Below are positions 9,779 to 19,194 of a stretch of DNA of 64,000 bases, in pieces. The stretch comes from Heteronotia binoei. Its lineage: Eukaryota. Both the position numbers and the translations under genes were made by a program. The notes beneath the pieces are model-generated. The model worked only from the letters and a program-made list of their open reading frames with translations. It was not told the origin of the DNA and searched no databases. Numbering within the stretch: the first letter of the stretch is position 1; every line of letters begins with the position of its first letter. The stretch is from assembly GCF_032191835.1 (NCBI RefSeq), contig NC_083237.1, positions 24,180,001 through 24,244,000 of the forward strand, given 5' to 3'.

Positions 9779-12397
9779 ATGGAAGGGAAAATCACCTTCA
9801 AAAGGTGCAGGCAGTGTGCTGCTAAAATCCCGTCATCCGACGGTCACTCGCTCTGCCTTTTTTGCTTGGGGGAATCCCATAGAACCGATAACTGTCACCA
9901 CTGCGCTTGCTTCGGTAAGCAGGCGCGTAAGAACAGAGCGGCTCGTCTTCGTAGCTTCCTCATTGAGTCTTCTCTCCGCGGGATGTCTACTTCAGATCCG
10001 CCGCCTCCCCCACTTAGAGCGGGAGATTCGGCAGCGTCGGCCCTTCCTACCGCTCCTAGGAAACATAAGTCCGACAAAAAGGCCTCTAAACACTCTGAGG
10101 GGCATAAGGCGCCTAAACAAGCCCGTCAGGGCGAATACTCGGCTCCGAAAACCTCCAGTCCGAGCACCTTGGCGCCTAAGAAGCACGACCCGTCAGCTTC
10201 TACCTCCGCGCGCCCTAGTACTTCCGCTTTTGCTACGGCTGCGCAATCGGCCTCGGCGGCTGCGCAATCGCAATCAGTTGCTTCGGCGGCACAAGCGGCT
10301 TCTGCGCAGTCGACTCCGATTCTACCTATCGAACTTTCGGCTCCTTCTGACGTCATCTCGGAAATGCCTCGCCTCACTCAAACTTCTCTTGAAGTTATCC
10401 CGATTGGCTCTAGATCGCCCTCGGTGCACAGCCTTCCTCCCAGCGATATCCTCGACTCCGAGGCTCCACCTCTCAGACCGGAATCCTTCCTCAACATCAC
10501 TACGCCAGTGCTGAAGGACGTTACAACTCCGGTACTCAAGGATTCCACAACGCCATTGCTTAAGGACAATACTACCCCACTGCTTGTCGAATCTTCTACT
10601 CAGGTCTCTTCGCATCGGCTCCGATCTCGATCTCCGCGGCCCCGCTCTCGCTCGCGGTCTCCGCTTCGCCCAAGGTCTCCGCTCCGGGATCCTCCGCTTC
10701 GTCCTAGGTCTCCGATCCGAGATCCTCCGCTCCGTCCCAGGTCTCCGATCCGACATCCTCCCAATTCTCCACATCGGGAGGACTACCATGACTTTCGACG
10801 CGACCGCTCTCGGTCCCGGTACGGCGACTACTATCGCGACTATCGACAAGACCGCTCTCCATCCCGGTCTCCGTCACCTCGCCTTTACTCACGTTACCAT
10901 CGGTACCAGAGTTCGCCTTCGCGCCACAGCTACAGGCATCTCTCTGACTTCGATCCGGACTCCTTTCACAGAGATGTCTATATGCCTCGACTCAGGGACT
11001 ATTATTCTCCCGGACCCCGCAACTACTATCGTGCACGCGATCAGCGATCTCCTTTGCACCGTCACCTGTCTCCGGATCGCTATGGGGATTACCAACATTA
11101 CTATTCCCCCCGACGGGAGCCTACTCCCCGCACCCGAGATGATGCGGCAGCCCTTCGGAACCGAGACACTTTCGACTCCCAGACTGCACCCGACCCACAC
11201 GATGTTCTGCAGCCTCCTGTCCGTCCTCGGGACCGAGTTTCTCCTAGAACCGCATCCGCATCGGTTTCTAAACCGCCTGCTTCGCCTCTCAAACGCCCTC
11301 GGGACCCTTCACCTGTCGAGCCCAAGTCACCACAGCATCCACTCTCGACTTCTGACAGAGACACTTCTGATCACTCCGACTCCGAGGAGGCCCCAGCCTC
11401 CCCCGCATCGGACCGACCTCCTAGGCTCTCACCATCTGACAGTTCCAAGGCCTACCTTAATCTCATAACAACTATGGCTTCCGCACTAAACATTCCTATG
11501 TCCTCTGACTCACCCAAGATCTCGGATGTGGTACATGACCTAGTCCGTTCAGACTTCCCTGACAGCTCTTCGCTTCCTATGCTCCCTGTACACTTGGAGG
11601 GCCTCCAAGAAGCCTGGGATAAGCCGGCCTCGATCCCTACGCTTTCCCGACGCCTGGATTCCCTTTACAGGGTTCAAGCAGCTGACTGCAAATTCCTCGC
11701 CTCCCACCCGGCGCCCAACTCCATCGTTGTTCATTCGGCCACCAAGAACAAACAATCTCGCCACCCTGTTCCTCCTGACCGCGAGGGCCGTAAACTGGAC
11801 ACTCTGGCTAAAAAGATCTATAGCTTCTCCTCGACTAATTCCAAGCTGAACAATTACTTGGCCTATTTTGCTGCCTACACCTTCAACCTGGCGAACCAGA
11901 TCACCCCGCATATCACATCCATGCCTGACTCCTCTCAGAAAGCGGTCTCGGCTCTCGTCTCTGAGCTTTCCCGTGTCTCCAAACAACAGATCAACTCCAT
12001 TCGCCATGCGGTCTCCTGTTCCTCCCGAGTGTTTGCGACATCTGTAGCCTTACGTCGCCATGCCTGGCTCCGCTCTACCAACCTTCAACCAGATATCAAG
12101 CAGCGTATAGAGGACCTTCCTTTCGATGGCCTGGGTCTATTCCATGCATCCACGGACGAGGTCCTAGCTTCAGTCGATGACGGCCGTAAGAGAGCCAAAC
12201 GCCTCGGCGTCACACAACCTACCTCCCTGCCCTCTAACAGGCAGAGACCCTGGAAGCCATCCTTTCAGCGTCGTCAACGATCGCCTAAATCTCAGGAGTT
12301 CTGGAAAAGGAAACCCCTGCCTAAACAGCCCTTTCATCAGAGGCCACGGACTCAGCCCTCTAAGAAGCAGTCCCAGACAGGCAAACAGTCTCTTTGA
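9779..12397 (+). CDS. DIRS ORF1, Gag-like (872 aa): N-terminal Cys/His finger, RS/P-rich repeats, C-terminal LAP2alpha-like region
   Basis: ATG at 9779; CRQC...CLFCLGESH...CHHC; C-terminal ALRRHAWLR...IEDLPFDG..LF typical of vertebrate DIRS Gag. The TTG start at 9344 in the ORF track lies outside the element. Confidence 0.9.
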   Translation: MEGKITFKRCRQCAAKIPSSDGHSLCLFCLGESHRTDNCHHCACFGKQARKNRAARLRSFLIESSLRGMSTSDPPPPPLRAGDSAASALPTAPRKHKSDKKASKHSEGHKAPKQARQGEYSAPKTSSPSTLAPKKHDPSASTSARPSTSAFATAAQSASAAAQSQSVASAAQAASAQSTPILPIELSAPSDVISEMPRLTQTSLEVIPIGSRSPSVHSLPPSDILDSEAPPLRPESFLNITTPVLKDVTTPVLKDSTTPLLKDNTTPLLVESSTQVSSHRLRSRSPRPRSRSRSPLRPRSPLRDPPLRPRSPIRDPPLRPRSPIRHPPNSPHREDYHDFRRDRSRSRYGDYYRDYRQDRSPSRSPSPRLYSRYHRYQSSPSRHSYRHLSDFDPDSFHRDVYMPRLRDYYSPGPRNYYRARDQRSPLHRHLSPDRYGDYQHYYSPRREPTPRTRDDAAALRNRDTFDSQTAPDPHDVLQPPVRPRDRVSPRTASASVSKPPASPLKRPRDPSPVEPKSPQHPLSTSDRDTSDHSDSEEAPASPASDRPPRLSPSDSSKAYLNLITTMASALNIPMSSDSPKISDVVHDLVRSDFPDSSSLPMLPVHLEGLQEAWDKPASIPTLSRRLDSLYRVQAADCKFLASHPAPNSIVVHSATKNKQSRHPVPPDREGRKLDTLAKKIYSFSSTNSKLNNYLAYFAAYTFNLANQITPHITSMPDSSQKAVSALVSELSRVSKQQINSIRHAVSCSSRVFATSVALRRHAWLRSTNLQPDIKQRIEDLPFDGLGLFHASTDEVLASVDDGRKRAKRLGVTQPTSLPSNRQRPWKPSFQRRQRSPKSQEFWKRKPLPKQPFHQRPRTQPSKKQSQTGKQSL

Positions 12398-14267
12398 CTC
12401 TCCCAAGGGGCAGACCAGACTATTCCCCTTTTACCCTCGTTGGAGTTCCATCACCACCGACTCTTGGGTCCTTACCATCGTGCGTTTAGGTTACGCAATA
12501 GAGTTCGTTTCGCCACCACACCACCACCACTTCATAGCCACCCCTCCATCTGCACTCCTCCAGCAGGAAATCCTGGACTTGCTCCAGAAGAATGCCATAG
12601 AACCCGTTCCTCCTCAACACCGAGGGACGGGATTCTACTCAAGATACTTCCTGGTCCCCAAACGGGATGGAGGGAAGCGCCCTATCCTCGATCTTCGGAA
12701 GCTGAACAAATTCATAGAATACAGGAAGTTCAGAATGATCTCCCTACAGGGCATCCTGCCTCTTATCCCCAGGGATTCCTGGATGGCTTCCCTAGATCTT
12801 CAGGACGCTTACTTCCATGTGACAATTCGACCTCAGCACCGGAAGTACCTGCGATTCGCTGTGGGGAGAGACCACTTCCAGTACGTCTCCCTGCCCTTCG
12901 GCCTCTCCACTGCGCCAAGGGTATTCACCAAGTGCATGGCGGTGGTGGCAGCGGCTCTCAGACTTCGAAACATCACAGTTTTCCCGTATATCGACGACTG
13001 GCTCCTCATAGCACCAAGCCAGCGTCGGTTGCAGGCCAACATCAGCACAACACTCTCTCTTCTCGATTCCTTAGGGCTTCGGGTGAATGCATCCAAATCC
13101 CATCTCGAGCCCACCCAAGACATCAAGTTTATAGGGGCTCTCCTCCGCACTTCTCTCCACCGTGCCTTCCTCCCAGGGGATCGAGCACTTACTATCATCA
13201 CCTTAGTCAAGTCGATTCAGCATCAGCCTTACCAGTCGGCATTCATCATACAACGCTTGCTGGGCCTCATGGCTGCCACGACTTCCGTCATCCACTTTGC
13301 CAAGCTACGGATGCGACAACTACAGCTTTGGTTTGTAAGAGCTTACCATCCTCAGTTGCAACCGCAGAATGTCCTACTTATGGTCCCCCAGAGAGTACTT
13401 TCATCCCTAACGTGGTGGACGATACCCAGCAACCTCCTCGCGGGCATGCCATTTTTACCGGCACCCCCAGTGGCTGTTGTGACAACGGACGCCTCAAAGT
13501 GGGGATGGGGAGCCCACTTAGAGGACAAAACCGTCAGAGGCCTTTGGACCCCTTCCGAGAGGGCCATGCACATAAACTGCTTAGAACTGATTGCCGTGCA
13601 CAGGGCCCTCTTATCCTTTCTCCCACTGATCAACGGGAGCCATGTCCAAATTTCAACGGACAACATGGCAACGGTGTACTATATCAACAAGCAGGGAGGA
13701 ACCAGGTCGCTCCGGCTCTGCCGTATAGCCGTCTCACTCTGGGAATGGTGCCTGGAGCACAACATTTACCTGACCGCGATTCACCTCCCAGGTGTCGACA
13801 ATGTTCTGGCCGACTCTCTGAGCAGGTTTCGTCTGGACGACCACGAATGGTCCCTCAATCCGACCTACCTTCGACCCATTTTCAGGTGCTTCGGAACACC
13901 CAAGGTGGATGTTTTTGCTTCCAAGGACAATGCCAAGTGTCCACGCTACTTTTCCAGGAGGCGGAACGACGCCTTCCTACACAGATGGACAGGTCCTCTC
14001 CACTATATCTTCCCACCAACCCCTCTACTAACTCGGGTGTTGATGAAGATAACACGAGACGGCACGGACTGCATCCTGGTAGCCCCCTGGTGGCCACGGC
14101 AACCATGGTTCACGAGACTTCTCCAGTTATCTCATCACACTTACCGTCGTCTCCCGTTCGCGATCGACCTCCTCTCCCAAGCCAACGGTCAGATATTGCA
14201 CCACAACCCTCAGGTTCTGGCCCTTACGGCATGGAGAATTCGACCTCCCACCTCTCCGCAGAGGTAG
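12177..14267 (+). CDS. DIRS ORF2: reverse transcriptase, RNase H and DNA adenine methyltransferase-like domain
   Basis: RPILDLR, LDLQDAYFH, LPFGL, YIDDW; RNase H TTDAS, LELIAV, TDN, ADSLSR; MT-like VDVFAS and YIFPP. Confidence 0.96.
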   Translation: MTAVREPNASASHNLPPCPLTGRDPGSHPFSVVNDRLNLRSSGKGNPCLNSPFIRGHGLSPLRSSPRQANSLFDSPKGQTRLFPFYPRWSSITTDSWVLTIVRLGYAIEFVSPPHHHHFIATPPSALLQQEILDLLQKNAIEPVPPQHRGTGFYSRYFLVPKRDGGKRPILDLRKLNKFIEYRKFRMISLQGILPLIPRDSWMASLDLQDAYFHVTIRPQHRKYLRFAVGRDHFQYVSLPFGLSTAPRVFTKCMAVVAAALRLRNITVFPYIDDWLLIAPSQRRLQANISTTLSLLDSLGLRVNASKSHLEPTQDIKFIGALLRTSLHRAFLPGDRALTIITLVKSIQHQPYQSAFIIQRLLGLMAATTSVIHFAKLRMRQLQLWFVRAYHPQLQPQNVLLMVPQRVLSSLTWWTIPSNLLAGMPFLPAPPVAVVTTDASKWGWGAHLEDKTVRGLWTPSERAMHINCLELIAVHRALLSFLPLINGSHVQISTDNMATVYYINKQGGTRSLRLCRIAVSLWEWCLEHNIYLTAIHLPGVDNVLADSLSRFRLDDHEWSLNPTYLRPIFRCFGTPKVDVFASKDNAKCPRYFSRRRNDAFLHRWTGPLHYIFPPTPLLTRVLMKITRDGTDCILVAPWWPRQPWFTRLLQLSHHTYRRLPFAIDLLSQANGQILHHNPQVLALTAWRIRPPTSPQR

Positions 14268-15265
14268 CCCACGTTATTCTTAATGCCAGGAAGCCCTCCA
14301 CAAGGCTTTCGTACCGAAGGAAGTGGAAACGCTTCTCCTCGTTCGCGGCTACTAACCATCTACTTCCTGAATCGGTACCTCTCAATATGATCCTGGACTA
14401 TTTGCTTTCACTGAAGAAATCAGGACTCTGTTACTCATCCCTCAAGGTTCATCTGTCCGCCATCTCCGCGTTCCACAATCCGGTAGACGGCAAGACAGTT
14501 TTTTCTCATCCCTTGTCCAAGTCCTTTCTCAAGGGCATGTTGCACCTCAATCCCCCTGTTAAACCTCTTGTTCCAACTTGGAGTTTATCCCTAGTTCTTT
14601 CCTCGCTTATGAAGGCACCATTCGAACCCATGGCCACCATAGACCTCAACCTTCTTTCCTGGAAGACAGCGTTGCTCGTTGCCCTCACCTCTGGTAAGCG
14701 GGCAAGTGACCTATGCGCTTTCCGCCACGATCCTCCTTACACCATTTTCCACAAGGAAAAGGTTGTCCTGAGACCGGACCCTGCGTTCCTTCCTAAAGTT
14801 GTCTCCCAGTTCCACTTGTCGACTGCAACCTCTCTGCCGACCTTTTTTCCCAACCCAACTGACCAGGGACAACGGGCCTTGCATTCTTTGGACGCAAGAA
14901 GAGCATTATCCTTCTACCTCCATCGTACACGGCCTTTTCGTAAGGACCCTAATTTATTTGTGGCATACGGAAACCCTTGCAGGGGACACAAGATCTCTAC
15001 CCAGAGACTTTCAAAATGGGTAGTGAGTGCTATTAGGCTGTGCTACGAACTGGCTAAGCAGCCTCTGCCCGAAGGCCTTAAGGCGCACTCCACTAGAGCG
15101 GTCTCGACGTCTTCGGCCTTCTTGCACGGCGTCTCCATGGAGGACATCTGTGCAGCCGCATCCTGGTCCTCTCCCTCCACGTTCGTCTCCCATTACGCGT
15201 TGGACGTTCGTGCGAGACGTGACGCCTCCTTCGGACAAGCGGTCCTCAGATCCATCTTTCACTGA
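12440..15265 (+). CDS. DIRS ORF3: tyrosine recombinase, overlapping ORF2 (frame open from 12398; true start unknown)
   Basis: Catalytic set R (GKRASDL), HSTR, W (ASWSS) and Y (VSHY) all present; integrase N-terminal helix STRLSYRRKWKRF. Confidence 0.95.
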   Translation: MEFHHHRLLGPYHRAFRLRNRVRFATTPPPLHSHPSICTPPAGNPGLAPEECHRTRSSSTPRDGILLKILPGPQTGWREAPYPRSSEAEQIHRIQEVQNDLPTGHPASYPQGFLDGFPRSSGRLLPCDNSTSAPEVPAIRCGERPLPVRLPALRPLHCAKGIHQVHGGGGSGSQTSKHHSFPVYRRLAPHSTKPASVAGQHQHNTLSSRFLRASGECIQIPSRAHPRHQVYRGSPPHFSPPCLPPRGSSTYYHHLSQVDSASALPVGIHHTTLAGPHGCHDFRHPLCQATDATTTALVCKSLPSSVATAECPTYGPPESTFIPNVVDDTQQPPRGHAIFTGTPSGCCDNGRLKVGMGSPLRGQNRQRPLDPFREGHAHKLLRTDCRAQGPLILSPTDQREPCPNFNGQHGNGVLYQQAGRNQVAPALPYSRLTLGMVPGAQHLPDRDSPPRCRQCSGRLSEQVSSGRPRMVPQSDLPSTHFQVLRNTQGGCFCFQGQCQVSTLLFQEAERRLPTQMDRSSPLYLPTNPSTNSGVDEDNTRRHGLHPGSPLVATATMVHETSPVISSHLPSSPVRDRPPLPSQRSDIAPQPSGSGPYGMENSTSHLSAEVAHVILNARKPSTRLSYRRKWKRFSSFAATNHLLPESVPLNMILDYLLSLKKSGLCYSSLKVHLSAISAFHNPVDGKTVFSHPLSKSFLKGMLHLNPPVKPLVPTWSLSLVLSSLMKAPFEPMATIDLNLLSWKTALLVALTSGKRASDLCAFRHDPPYTIFHKEKVVLRPDPAFLPKVVSQFHLSTATSLPTFFPNPTDQGQRALHSLDARRALSFYLHRTRPFRKDPNLFVAYGNPCRGHKISTQRLSKWVVSAIRLCYELAKQPLPEGLKAHSTRAVSTSSAFLHGVSMEDICAAASWSSPSTFVSHYALDVRARRDASFGQAVLRSIFH

Positions 15266-15380
15266 AATGGAGGTGAGTGCATCCGCTTATACTCCTATAC
15301 CACACAGTCTTTGGTATGGGTCAGGTGACTAACTTTTTCTTTTCCAGCACCCTCCTCCAGGACTCTTAGCTGGCTAGTCA

Positions 15381-15476
15381 CCCATGTGTGGGACTGCACA
15401 GAGACCACGAAGAAGATAAACAGGTTGCTTACCTGTAACTGATGATCTTCGAGTGGTCATCTGTGCAGTCACACAC
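15381..15476 (+). repeat. DIRS internal complementary region (ICR)
   Basis: 15381-15420 is complementary to the left terminus and 15421-15476 to the extreme right terminus (15705-15760); the junction reads GATAAA|CAGG. Confidence 0.95.
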
Positions 15477-15550
15477 GCCCACCCAGCCTTCCCCGCTGCT
15501 GGCCTCTGGTACTTCTTGCTTTAACCTTTCTAGTCTTGCCAGTGGCGGCT

Positions 15551-15760
15551 GGAAGAAACTGAGTGGAATGGGCGCTCTCCCCCCGCTCCAGGCATGCGCA
15601 GTCGCTGCCTGCTCCCCAGGGCGGGAGGAAAGCGCGCCAAAAGACGTTATAAACGAGCTATTGGAGCTCCGAGGTATGGATCCGTTGCCTGCGGCAAGAC
15701 CCATGTGTGTGACTGCACAGATGACCACTCGAAGATCATCAGTTACAGGTAAGCAACCTG
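15551..15760 (+). repeat. DIRS right inverted terminal repeat including the right extension
   Basis: Reverse complement of the left ITR plus extension ending GTAAGCAACCTG. Confidence 0.95.
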
Positions 15761-17649
15761 TTTTTTCAGTGTTTCACATTATCAGATCGTTTCCCATCAA
15801 AGCCAGTAATGCGTCAATAAAAATATAATCTCAGGACAAAGTGTGTAATTTCAGCAGTTTTTGGTTAGCCTGCATTCCATTGACTGGCTTGTTGCCTATA
15901 CTGGAGGGAACGGTTCTTGCTGTCTCGGTTTGGCCCCAAACTGTAATCTAATGCACAACCTATTCTTTCTCTTCTCCCACCCCTTTGCAGCCCAAGGAAT
16001 TTTGTTGATAGCTCAGCCTATAGCAGAAATGAACACTTACTGGCCAAAATGGTTTTGGGAATCCCACCAATGAGGTCAGCCCCCCCCCTCCAAAAAAAAC
16101 CCCCTTGACTTGGGAGGGGTCTATTTGCTAAAAGATGGCTGTGTTCTGCAAGTTATCCAAGTGGTCTCTCATTTTTTTAGACAATATAACTTCTTTCTGA
16201 CACACTAATTCAGGAGCAAGACTTGCAAGATGCATTGATTTTAAAATGAATATTCCTGAAAGCTTTTCCGCCATACAAAACAAGGCAACAAAACAGATTC
16301 CGCTGATGCATAAATACTGCAGCAAGGAGGAAACTGCAACAGGTAGTCTCTGAGCTGGTTAAGGCTCACTTCTCAAATCCCTCTAAGGATTCTTCTCATG
16401 CATCTCTCTCAAAAGGATTCAGATTCAACAAACTGGACAGTGCACTAACCTGACTACAGGCTGCATCTTGATATACATAGCCTTTATAAAGGCAGTAAGA
16501 GCCCAGAAAATCCTTCCAAGCTCCCCAGCAACTAGCCTCTTACTCTGCTGCTAAGCTCCATGTGTTGACACTCCCCATACTTGTTTACACTAACTCATTT
16601 TTGAAATTACACTGTCAAATACAGATCTTTAATGCTAAGTTTATCTGTGTTTTCCTAACAGAAAAAATGGTATTGACAAAGGGAGGGGGGATCAATTTGC
16701 GATGTTCTTTCTAATTTTGTTCCCTACTGAGTGGAGTAGTTCACATTCTGAGCAGAATATAACTGCTGTAATCTTAAAATGGGCAATGGGCTGTGTTAAT
16801 GTGGGTCCACTCACATCTTAGAGGGCACAATGGATGCAAGTAATGATCAGTCTCAGGCCTCTCTGTTCTCAAAACCACCCTGTATGATTCCATTGGCTGT
16901 CTGGTTTAGTTGAGCTGGGGTGGGTGGGTGTTCTCTGCAATGATTTAAACTAGCAGGCAAGCTTTCAGCAATATACAGTATTCTTTCTCACAAAAGTGGA
17001 GGGAGTAGTCTAGTCGCCGCCCTGCTGTGATTTGTGTGTGAGAAGGATTTGTTCAAGAACCTGGGGAAACACTTTAACTATGTCATCCTGCATCTGTTAA
17101 ATAACGAGAGATTCCAGTGTGGACTAGATTATATTCTTGGATGATTTTGTGTTTAGTTACCAACACACCATTTCAAACCTGTAAAATCAGTCATATCCTA
17201 CACGAGTACCTTTTATACCCAATACCAGTGTCCGTTATTTCTAGCAATAGCATGATACTGTTGCCTGTGACCTATGCAGAATTTTATACTCTACAGAGGA
17301 ATGTGTAGATTTTCATCATGTAAACATCTAGTGTGACACAGTGGAGCAGGCAGTCCCTTTCAGAAGACAGCGTTCTTTTTTCATTCCAGACGGTCACCTC
17401 TTCCCTCTAGGTATCCCTTTTTAGGCAACCCGAGAGAATGCAGACCTTGATTTTTGTTTCCATTCTAAAGTGCATCAGCGCAATCAGGGTGCTTGATTCC
17501 ATCTAGAGCTACCACTCGAGCCCACACACTTGGGTGAAACCTACCACCAAATGAACATAGATAGGATCGGTCCGTCTTTGCACTAAATTGTGACCTCCTT
17601 CCCGAGTTAATTAAAAGTCAGGGGTCGAGTGAAGTGAACATCTAACCAT

Positions 17650-18220
17650 GCAAAACACCTTCTGACTAGCCATCCATCCGCCAGGCCGCAGGCTTTGTAG
17701 AGGGGAAATGAGGAGCCCCTTTAAACGTTTTCGGCTCGGGCACTTTAGGAACGCGGTGTTGCCTTTCGGCTCTGCGTCGAACGCGAGAAGGAGGGACGTC
17801 ATTGGCTGAAAGTGAGGGGTGAGTTCCATGACACCAACCCTTGGTTTTTGTGTCAGTTTATTGGGCGGCCGAAGGTTCTGTAGGCGTTGCTCCAGCTCCT
17901 GATTGGTTAGCGAATCAAACGGCGAAGACTAGGGATGAAAGGTGAGTTCCTGTGGAAAGTGGTGGGAAGAAGAGGGAAACTAATCAGGAATTAGAAGTGG
18001 TCACGTGAGTGATATTGGAGGAGGGCGAATCCGCAACTCTCTTGGAGTCGGCGTTTGTGTGAACGGTCAGGTACCCCCGGTGTCATCTGCACCTCGACAT
18101 CTTTTGTAATAAATAATTCTGGGGGGTTGGGATCGTTTTGTTAATCTTTAAAATGCTATTGGACTCCTATTTAATGCTTCTACCTGTGTATACGTAGGAT
18201 CGGGCGCATGCATTGCGCTC
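17650..18220 (+). promoter_or_regulatory. CpG-enriched promoter-like region with no assigned gene
   Basis: ATTGG (CCAAT) at 17801, 17860, 17902 and 18014; GACGTCA 17795; GC box 17863; CACGTG 18002; GCGCATGC 18204; donor-like GTGAGT at 17819 and 17942. Confidence 0.5.
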
Positions 18221-19194
18221 CCCCAAATCATCCCAATCCCTTTCTGGTGTAAACTACTTGAACAACCTAGCATCTTCCTTCGTACTCCTCGTTGACCTCT
18301 GTTGATTTTTTTAAGTGGGGAGAAGGGAACAGAAGCTGCTCCCGCTAGTGGCGGCGGGGGGAGAGGTCTGACTCGTTTACCTCCGCTTAAGCTTGGATGT
18401 CAGATTGCAACCTCGCTTTTTTCACACGGGTCAACACAGCCTTCCTCCAAAGCGTTCAAGATGCTCTGTCTACTTCTCTCTCCCTTTTTTGGGTACAGAA
18501 AGTGATAGTGATCCCCCCCACACACACACACTATTTAGAAATAACACGCAAAAAGATAAATTCCTAAAACCGCCAAGACCACACAATGTATTACTTTGGA
18601 ACAAAATTTGAGTCCGGTGGCACATTTAAGACCAATAAAGTTTAATTTTGGGGGTAAGCTTTCATGTGCACGCCCGCGCCTTCGGATACCATTCTTGCTT
18701 GTCTTTCACTGTTTTAAAAAATGCCGTTTTTCTCAGCTCTATGAGAAGTCATAGTAGTCCAGTCTGCCTCGTTTACATTTCCAGCCTGTTGCACTTTCAA
18801 GCTGCTACCCTGCACCTTCTCTTCCTGGCATGTGAGGATATGTTTCCAGTTGCCAACTCTGGGTTGGGACATTCTTGGAGATTTTGGGGTGGAACTTGAG
18901 GATGGCAGGGTTTGGGGAGGGGAGGGACTTCGGAAGAGAATAATGTCATATGGCCCACCTTCCAGAGCAGCTGCTTCCTTCACGGGAACTGATCTTTGTA
19001 CCAAATTGCAGATCTCCAGGTCCTACCAGATGTTGGCAGCTGTATCACAGACTTCTCCATAGTCTTTGGTCTGGTTGCAGTGGGTCAAAGAGTAAAGCAA
19101 ATTCAGTGAGCAGCCCTGACAGAATGAAGGGCTCTTGTATCCTAGGGGGTCAGTAGCAATTGTGTAAATCATGTTAAAGTTATTGCCCCTAGAG

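Larger units (their letters stand above)
9360..15760 (+). mobile_element. Full-length DIRS1-type tyrosine-recombinase retrotransposon, about 6.4 kb, three open ORFs
   Basis: Inverted termini 9360-9545 / 15551-15760, internal complementary region 15381-15476, gag, RT-RNaseH-MT and YR ORFs without internal stops; no TSD; T run at the right flank. Confidence 0.97.

Noticed and set aside
10662-10760. CRISPR-like 33-nt repeats
   Set aside because: Direct tandem repeats without spacers, in frame inside gag, in a vertebrate genome.
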